Source: a virus
Lineage: Duplodnaviria > Heunggongvirae > Uroviricota > Caudoviricetes
Direction: 5' to 3' (one strand)
Virus record (IMG/VR): IMGVR_UViG_2657245664_000004
Location: 1-13,055 of that record
DNA: 13,055 bases
The position numbers were made by a program, and so were the translations under genes. Positions 7,308 to 13,055 of the stretch are shown piece after piece. Position 1 is the first letter of the stretch. Every line of letters begins with the position of its first letter. The notes under the pieces were generated by a model. It was not told the DNA's origin. It ran no database searches and saw only the letters and a program-made list of their open reading frames with translations.

Positions 7308-7808
7308 ATGCACACAGGGTTTTTACCGCGTTTATGGTTCGCGGGTTTGTCTCTCATGCTCCCCGTTCTGCTGCTTGGTTCTTCACGTTACGTGGTTGTC
7401 TCCTTTACCCGGAAGATCTGGAGCGCGTCACGCAGATTATTAATGGTGGGAAAAACGGCATTAAAGACCGCCGTGAACGTTACGTCAAAGCTAAAGCCGC
7501 ATTGGTGTGAGGTCTATGTGGGAATTGAAATGATTGTCGGCCTGATTGCTGCCTTGCTGGCAGTAATAGCCGGTGCTTTTGGTCTGGGTAAATCTCGCGG
7601 TGCAAGTATCGCTGAGACAAAAGCGAACCAGCAACGCACTAAAGAACGTGCAACTGCTACTGAAGTCGTTGCAATACGCCGGGTAGAAACAACAAAAGGA
7701 GCCTGGGATGTACAGCAGATTGTTAATCATCTTCCTGATGGCGATGTTGACCGTGAGTTGCGCGAAAGATTTACCCGAAAAAACTGCAGTAACAGACACG
7801 GCTTGTGA
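7308..7808 (+). CDS. Putative envelope/membrane protein (lambda p78 / YbcV-like position); start uncertain
   Basis: ORF in the bor-to-cos interval where lambda and DLP12 carry a putative envelope protein. The C-terminal two-thirds (from MIVGLIAALLAVIAGAFGLGKS..., ATG about 7530) looks like a small TM protein; the N-terminal 70 aa are less protein-like. 3' end overlaps the next ORF by about 100 nt. Confidence 0.4.
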   Translation: MHTGFLPRLWFAGLSLMLPVLLLGSSRYVVVSFTRKIWSASRRLLMVGKTALKTAVNVTSKLKPHWCEVYVGIEMIVGLIAALLAVIAGAFGLGKSRGASIAETKANQQRTKERATATEVVAIRRVETTKGAWDVQQIVNHLPDGDVDRELRERFTRKNCSNRHGL

Positions 7809-7923
7809 CTGGGTGAACATCATCTACCTCACTGAGCACGATATTACCGTGCAGGATAAGCAGACGAAGCGGGACATATTGGCGCATAACAAATCAGTGC
7901 AGGCTAACTGTAGAATGTATTGA
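7708..7923 (+). CDS. Putative small lipoprotein (lambda p79 / YbcW-like position)
   Basis: 71-aa ORF with a signal-peptide-like N-terminus ending in a marginal lipobox (LTVSC). Start may be an internal Met. Confidence 0.4.
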   Translation: MYSRLLIIFLMAMLTVSCAKDLPEKTAVTDTACDWVNIIYLTEHDITVQDKQTKRDILAHNKSVQANCRMY

Positions 7924-8076
7924 AACTAATACTTTTGTAAGCGAATGTGTGTAAGTGCGACATGGTTGTGTGTTTTATCTAAGAATTGTTTTGCCGTAAA
8001 AGAGCATTTTGTGGTTGTAAAAAATGTGGGGAACTCGCTATAGTTCAGCCATAGAAAGCAGCTTTTCATTTTTTTT

Positions 8077-8097
8077 AAGCCTCATTTGAGGCTTTTT
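8077..8097 (+). terminator. Rho-independent terminator upstream of the cargo cassette
   Basis: Stem AAGCCTC / GAGGCTT, loop ATTT, then TTTTT. Insulates the cassette from read-through of the lysis/bor region. Confidence 0.5.
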
Positions 8098-8123
8098 GCA
8101 CATTTAGAAATTGAGTAAATGGC

Positions 8124-8161
8124 ACATATAGTGTTTTCAGTGTTAAAAAAACACTATATGT
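8124..8161. promoter_or_regulatory. 14-bp perfect inverted repeat (candidate operator or 5' stem-loop) in the cassette promoter region
   Basis: ACATATAGTGTTTT (8124-8137) and AAAACACTATATGT (8148-8161) are exact reverse complements around a 10-nt spacer. Contains a TATAGT -10-like hexamer. Ends 25 nt before the ATG at 8186. Confidence 0.45.
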
Positions 8162-8185
8162 AGCACTACAATAGGAGATTCCACT

Positions 8186-8386
8186 ATGAGCCCGGCTGAG
8201 TTCTACGATTTCTATGGCATTAAACCTGCAGAGATGATGACTGGAGAAACTGTTAACAACTTTGCTTCCAGGGTACTTGCTCAACAAACGAGTACGAGTG
8301 GTAGTACCGGCGTTTGGTACTCTCAAGGTACTGCAGCGCAGGCTAAGCAAAATCAAAGTACACATCATCAACTTTACACCTACTAA
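8186..8386 (+). CDS. Hypothetical small protein (66 aa), first gene of the cargo cassette
   Basis: Strong SD AGGAG 8 nt before the ATG. Soluble, with a Ser/Thr/Gln-rich C-terminal half. Stop is 5 nt before the next ATG, suggesting translational coupling. AT-rich relative to the backbone. Confidence 0.6.
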   Translation: MSPAEFYDFYGIKPAEMMTGETVNNFASRVLAQQTSTSGSTGVWYSQGTAAQAKQNQSTHHQLYTY

Positions 8387-8391
8387 ACACC

Positions 8392-9294
8392 ATGCCTAAT
8401 TGGAGTGACGTACTGGGCGAGATGACGGCTCTCGCCCAGAAGAGTCCGATGGATGAGGTTCGCCGTAAATATTTATTACAACTGTCTAATCACACTGGAA
8501 GAAATGTAATTACATATTATTCCGGATGGTTGCAACATGGTGGTGCAGAAGTCCGACATCTCACCCTGATGACAGATGATGATAAAAATGGATTAATGAC
8601 TGTTATTAATGGTTTAGATGTTACAAAGGGGGTGGATTTAATATTACATACCCCTGGAGGTGATATCGCTGCCTTAGAGTCTATTGGTCATTATCTGCGT
8701 TCTAAGTTTGGGACTGATATCAGAGCTATCGTTCCTATGATTTCAATGTCATGTGGTACCATGCTTGCGTGCTGTGCTAATGAAATCATAATGGGTAAAC
8801 AGTCCAATATTGGCCCGATTGACCCTCAGTTTAATGGATTTTCTACACATGCTATTATTGAGGAATGGAATAGAGCTCAGGCGGAAATTTTTAACAATCC
8901 AGCAGCTGTGCAAATGTGGCAGTTTATACTTCAGAAACTCAACCCCACTATTATCGGAGAGTGTGAAAAAGCTATCCAATGGGCGAATGAGATTGTCAAG
9001 CACTGGCTTATGACGGGTATGTTTGCAAATGATCCGGAGTCAGAAACAAAAGCAACTCATGTATGCTCAGAGCTGAACAATCATCATACAACTTACACTC
9101 ATTCGAGACATATCCATTTCGATAAAGCTCAGAAAATTGGATTGAATGTTACAGAACTGGAAAGTGATCAAGTCCTCCAGGATTTGGTTTTGACCATACA
9201 TCACAGTTACATGCACTCGTTTGGTGGAGCCCCGATCGCAAAGATCATAGAAAACCATAATGGGAATGCTATGATTTGGAATATGCAATCGTAA
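8392..9294 (+). CDS. ClpP/crotonase-fold serine peptidase (S49 / SDH-proteinase-like)
   Basis: 300-aa ORF with motifs typical of ClpP-clan S49/SDH peptidases: LILHTPGGD..., a candidate nucleophile Ser in VPMISMSCGTMLACCANEIIMG, and NIGPIDPQ. Family assignment is by motif recognition, not a search. Confidence 0.65.
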   Translation: MPNWSDVLGEMTALAQKSPMDEVRRKYLLQLSNHTGRNVITYYSGWLQHGGAEVRHLTLMTDDDKNGLMTVINGLDVTKGVDLILHTPGGDIAALESIGHYLRSKFGTDIRAIVPMISMSCGTMLACCANEIIMGKQSNIGPIDPQFNGFSTHAIIEEWNRAQAEIFNNPAAVQMWQFILQKLNPTIIGECEKAIQWANEIVKHWLMTGMFANDPESETKATHVCSELNNHHTTYTHSRHIHFDKAQKIGLNVTELESDQVLQDLVLTIHHSYMHSFGGAPIAKIIENHNGNAMIWNMQS

Positions 9295-9317
9295 GAACCT
9301 ATTTACACACCATATTA

Positions 9318-9341
9318 GCCTCGCAGTAGCGGGGCTTTTTT
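9318..9341 (+). terminator. Rho-independent terminator downstream of the cargo cassette
   Basis: Stem GCCTCGC / GCGGGGC (one G-U pair), loop AGTA, then TTTTTTAT. Followed by lambda-like right-end sequence. Confidence 0.6.
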
Positions 9342-9429
9342 ATGCGCATCGCACGCGCACATCAAAGAGAGTCTTTCAGTAATGATTCTGGATATCATAG
9401 CTATAAATACAATTGATAGTTATTTTCAT

Positions 9430-9654
9430 TTTGGCGGGTCCTTTCCGGCGATCCGACAGGCTACGGGGCGGCGACCTCGCGGGTTTTCGCTATTTATGAA
9501 AATTTTCCGGTTTAAGGCGTTTCCGTTCTTCTTCGTCGTAACTTAATGTTTTTATTTAAAATACCCCCTGAAAAGAAAGGAAACGACAGGTGCTGAAAAC
9601 GAACTTTTGGGCCTCTGTCGTTTCCTTTCTCTGTTTTTGGCCGTGGAATGAACA
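9430..9654. other. cos: cos site (cosQ-cosN-cosB); cosN 12-nt cohesive end GGGCGGCGACCT at 9466-9477
   Basis: Exact lambda cohesive-end sequence at 9466-9477. Flanking sequence matches the lambda right-end/left-end junction as recalled, with a few substitutions. cosB-type inverted repeat GAAAGGAAACGACAG ... CTGTCGTTTCCTTTC precedes Nu1. Confidence 0.85.
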
Positions 9655-10200
9655 ATGGAAGTCAACAAAAAGCAGCTGGCTGACATTTTCGGTGCGAGTA
9701 TCCGTACCATTCAGAACTGGCAGGAACAGGGAATGCCCGTTCTGCGAGGCGGTGGCAAGGGTAATGAGGTGCTTTATGACTCTGCCGCCGTTATAAAATG
9801 GTATGCCGAAAGGGATGCTGAAATTGAGAACGAAAAGCTGCGCCGGGAGGTTGAAGAACTGCGCCAGGCCAGCGAGGCAGATCTCCAGCCAGGGACTATT
9901 GAGTACGAACGCCATCGACTTACGCGTGCGCAGGCCGACGCACAGGAACTGAAGAATGCCAGAGACTCAGCTGAAGTGGTGGAAACCGCATTCTGTACTT
10001 TCGTGCTGTCGCGGATCGCAGGTGAAATTGCCAGTATTCTCGACGGGATCCCCCTGTCGGTGCAGCGGCGTTTTCCGGAACTGGAAAACCGACATGTTGA
10101 TTTCCTGAAACGGGATATCATCAAAGCCATGAACAAAGCAGCCGCGCTGGATGAACTGATACCGGGGTTGCTGAGTGAATATATCGAACAGTCAGGTTAA
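9655..10200 (+). CDS. Nu1: Terminase small subunit Nu1
   Basis: 181-aa product MEVNKKQLADIFGASIRTIQNWQEQGMPVLRGGGKGNEVLYDSAAVIKWYAERD... matches lambda Nu1 essentially residue for residue as recalled, including the N-terminal winged-HTH. Confidence 0.95.
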   Translation: MEVNKKQLADIFGASIRTIQNWQEQGMPVLRGGGKGNEVLYDSAAVIKWYAERDAEIENEKLRREVEELRQASEADLQPGTIEYERHRLTRAQADAQELKNARDSAEVVETAFCTFVLSRIAGEIASILDGIPLSVQRRFPELENRHVDFLKRDIIKAMNKAAALDELIPGLLSEYIEQSG

Positions 10201-11353
10201 CAGGCTGCGGCATTTTGTCCGCGCCGGGCTTCGCTCACTGTTCAGGCCGGAGCCACAGACCGCCGTTGAATGGGCGGATGCTAATTACTATCTCCCGAAA
10301 GAATCCGCATACCAGGAAGGGCGCTGGGAAACACTGCCCTTTCAGCGGGCCATCATGAATGCGATGGGCAGCGACTACATCCGTGAGGTGAATGTGGTGA
10401 AGTCTGCCCGTGTCGGTTATTCCAAAATGCTGCTGGGTGTTTATGCCTACTTTATAGAGCATAAGCAGCGCAACACCCTTATCTGGTTGCCGACGGATGG
10501 TGATGCCGAGAACTTTATGAAAACCCACGTTGAGCCGACCATCCGCGATATTCCGTCGCTGCTGGCGCTGGCTCCGTGGTATGGCAAAAAGCACCGGGAT
10601 AACACGCTCACTATGAAGCGTTTTTCCAATGGTCGTGGCTTCTGGTGCCTGGGCGGTAAAGCGGCAAAAAACTACCGTGAAAAGTCGGTGGATGTGGCGG
10701 GTTATGATGAACTTGCTGCCTTTGATGAGGATATTGAACAGGAAGGCTCTCCGACGTTCCTTGGCGACAAACGTATTGAAGGCTCGGTCTGGCCAAAGTC
10801 CATCCGTGGCTCCACGCCCAAAGTGAGAGGCACCTGCCAGATTGAGCGTGCAGCCAGTGAATCCCTGCATTTTATGCGTTTTCATGTTGCCTGCCCGCAC
10901 TGCGGGGAGGAGCAGTATCTTAAATTTGGCGACAAAGAGACGCCGTTTGGCCTCAAATGGACGCCGGATGACCCCTCCAGCGTGTTTTATCTCTGCGAGC
11001 ATAATGCCTGCGTCATCCGCCAGCAGGAGCTGGACTTCACTGATGCCCGTTATATCTGCGAAAAGACCGGGATCTGGACCCGTGATGGCATTCTCTGGTT
11101 TTCGTCATCCGGTGAAGAGATTGAGCCGCCGGACAGCGTGACCTTTCACATCTGGACGGCGTACAGCCCGTTCACCACCTGGGTGCAGATTGTCAAAGAC
11201 TGGATGAAAACGAAAGGGGATACGGGAAAACGTAAAACCTTCGTAAACACCACGCTCGGTGAGACATGGGAAGCGAAAATCGGCGAACGTCCGGATGCTG
11301 AGGTGATGGCGGAGCGGAAAGAGCATTATTCAGCGCCCGTTACAACACGCTGA
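10175..11353 (+). pseudogene. A: Terminase large subunit A, N-terminal about 388 codons only (truncated by deletion)
   Basis: Start overlaps the Nu1 3' end as in lambda. Matches lambda gpA from MNISNSQVNRLRH... to ...ERKEHYSAPV, then diverges and stops (TTR*). Lambda gpA is 641 aa. Confidence 0.85.
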
Positions 11354-12597
11354 TGGCGGCGGCGAAAAAGGATTATGAAGCGACGCTGAAAAAGCCGAAA
11401 CAGTCCGGCGTGAAGGTGTCTGCGGGCGATCGTCAGGAAGACAGTGCTCATGCTGCCCTGCTGACGCTTCAGGCAGAACTCCGGACGCTGGAGAAGCATG
11501 CCGGAGCAAATGAGAAAATCAGCCAGCAGCGCCGGGATTTGTGGAAGGCGGAGAGTCAGTTCGCGGTACTGGAGGAGGCGGCGCAACGTCGCCAGCTGTC
11601 TGCACAGGAGAAATCCCTGCTGGCGCATAAAGATGAGACGCTGGAGTACAAACGCCAGCTGGCTGCACTTGGCGACAAGGTTACGTATCAGGAGCGCCTG
11701 AACGCGCTGGCGCAGCAGGCGGATAAATTCGCACAGCAGCAACGGGCAAAACGGGCCGCCATTGATGCGAAAAGCCGGGGGCTGACTGACCGGCAGGCAG
11801 AACGGGAAGCCACGGAACAGCGCCTGAAGGAACAGTATGGCGATAATCCGCTGGCGCTGAATAACGTCATGTCAGAGCAGAAAAAGACCTGGGCGGCTGA
11901 AGACCAGCTTCGCGGGAGCTGGATGGCAGGCCTGAAGTCCGGCTGGAGTGAGTGGGAAGAGAGCGCCACGGACAGTATGTCGCAGGTAAAAAGTGCAGCC
12001 ACGCAGACCTTTGATGGTATTGCACAGAATATGGCGGCGATGCTGACCGGCAGTGAGCAGAACTGGCGCAGCTTCACCCGTTCCGTGCTGTCCATGATGA
12101 CAGAAATTCTGCTTAAGCAGGCAATGGTGGGGATTGTCGGGAGTATCGGCAGCGCCATTGGCGGGGCTGTTGGTGGCGGCGCATCCGCGTCAGGCGGTAC
12201 AGCCATTCAGGCCGCTGCGGCGAAATTCCATTTTGCAACCGGAGGATTTACGGGAACCGGCGGCAAATATGAGCCAGCGGGGATTGTTCACCGTGGTGAA
12301 TTTGTCTTCACGAAGGAGGCAACCAGCCGGATTGGCGTGGGGAATCTTTACCGGCTGATGCGCGGCTATGCCACCGGCGGTTATGTCGGTACACCGGGCA
12401 GCATGGCAGACAGCCGGTCGCAGGCGTCCGGGACGTTTGAGCAGAATAACCATGTGGTGATTAACAACGACGGCACGAACGGGCAGATAGGTCCGGCTGC
12501 TCTGAAGGCGGTGTATGACATGGCCCGCAAGGGTGCCCGTGATGAAATTCAGACACAGATGCGTGATGGTGGCCTGTTCTCCGGAGGTGGACGATGA
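11353..12597 (+). pseudogene. H: Tail tape-measure protein H, C-terminal about 414 codons (fragment fused behind truncated A)
   Basis: Matches the C-terminal half of lambda gpH as recalled (...KKDYEATLKKPKQSGVKVSAGDRQ... to ...MRDGGLFSGGGR). The H reading frame is open from 11302 but has no upstream counterpart. The whole head module and most tail genes are absent between A and H. Confidence 0.85.
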
Positions 12598-12923
12598 AGA
12601 CCTTCCGCTGGAAAGTGAAACCCGGTATGGATGTGGCTTCGGTCCCTTCTGTAAGAAAGGTGCGCTTTGGTGATGGCTATTCTCAGCGAGCGCCTGCCGG
12701 GCTGAATGCCAACCTGAAAACGTACAGCGTGACGCTTTCTGTCCCCCGTGAGGAGGCCACGGTACTGGAGTCGTTTCTGGAAGAGCACGGGGGCTGGAAA
12801 TCCTTTCTGTGGACGCCGCCTTATGAGTGGCGGCAGATAAAGGTGACCTGCGCAAAATGGTCGTCGCGGGTCAGTATGTTGCGTGTTGAGTTCAGCGCAG
12901 AGTTTGAACAGGTGGTGAACTGA
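12594..12923 (+). CDS. M: Minor tail protein M
   Basis: 109-aa product MKTFRWKVKPGMDVASVPSVRKVRFGDGYSQRAPAGLNANLKTYSVTLSVPREE... matches lambda gpM as recalled. Start overlaps the H stop. Confidence 0.9.
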   Translation: MKTFRWKVKPGMDVASVPSVRKVRFGDGYSQRAPAGLNANLKTYSVTLSVPREEATVLESFLEEHGGWKSFLWTPPYEWRQIKVTCAKWSSRVSMLRVEFSAEFEQVVN

Positions 12924-13055
12924 TGCAGGATATAGCGGTCCGGCGGTCGCGGATGAATATGACCAGCCGACGTCCGATATCACGAAGGATAAATGTCAGC
13001 AATGAAATAACACAGACCGTCAATAAGAAACTGGAAGACCAGAGTGCGGCAATCC
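12923..13055 (+). pseudogene. Collapsed tail-gene remnants: L start codons fused to an internal L segment, then a probable J C-terminal fragment
   Basis: ATGCAGGATAT (lambda L start, MQDI) runs directly into DNA encoding SGPAVADEYDQPTSDITKDKC (internal L) in another frame. This is followed by ...NEITQTVNKKLEDQSAAI, which resembles lambda J C-terminal sequence from memory. Confidence 0.55.

Noticed and set aside
10235-11002. 255-aa minus-strand ORF
   Set aside because: Lies antisense to the lambda-like terminase A coding sequence, whose plus-strand translation matches gpA. Long antisense ORFs are common in GC-rich coding DNA.
11688-12983. Minus-strand ORFs of 172, 221 and 144 aa (11688-12206, 12190-12855, 12549-12983)
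   Set aside because: Antisense to the H fragment and M, which are recognisable on the plus strand. Low-complexity Ala/Arg/Pro-rich translations typical of antisense frames.
1-13055. CRISPR arrays, insertion sequences, integrase or attachment sites
   Set aside because: No regularly spaced direct repeats, no transposase-like ORFs or terminal inverted repeats, and no integrase or att core were found. The window appears to be internal to the prophage.

Overview
This window is the late-region/right-arm segment of a lambda-like (lambdoid) prophage from an enterobacterium, read left to right in phage late-gene order. All identifications are from reading the sequence and from memory of phage lambda, 21 and 82 proteins; no database search was run. 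Layout: nin-region genes (a hypothetical ORF, a DUF968/YdfU-like protein, RusA), a Q antiterminator with three zinc-finger motifs, a pR'-like late promoter and tR' terminator, two tRNA genes (Ile2-CAU, Arg-UCU), an AT-rich cargo region in the position where Stx phages carry stxAB, a lysis cassette (S21-like pinholin, an extra ORF, SAR endolysin, Rz/Rz1), bor on the opposite strand, two small envelope/lipoprotein-like ORFs, a second cargo cassette, then cos and Nu1. The prophage is defective: terminase A is truncated at about codon 388 and joined to the C-terminal half of tape-measure H, followed by an intact M and collapsed L/J remnants. The strongest candidate for an undescribed system is the self-contained two-gene cassette at 8186-9294 (66-aa protein plus a 300-aa ClpP-fold S49/SDH-like serine peptidase), which has its own ribosome-binding site, a 14-bp perfect inverted repeat upstream and intrinsic terminators on both sides. 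Secondary candidates are the cargo between the tRNAs and the lysis genes (ORF 3257-3610, a Val-rich micro-ORF, and an AT-rich Cys-containing ORF on the minus strand at 4058-4393) and the ORF inserted between holin and endolysin.
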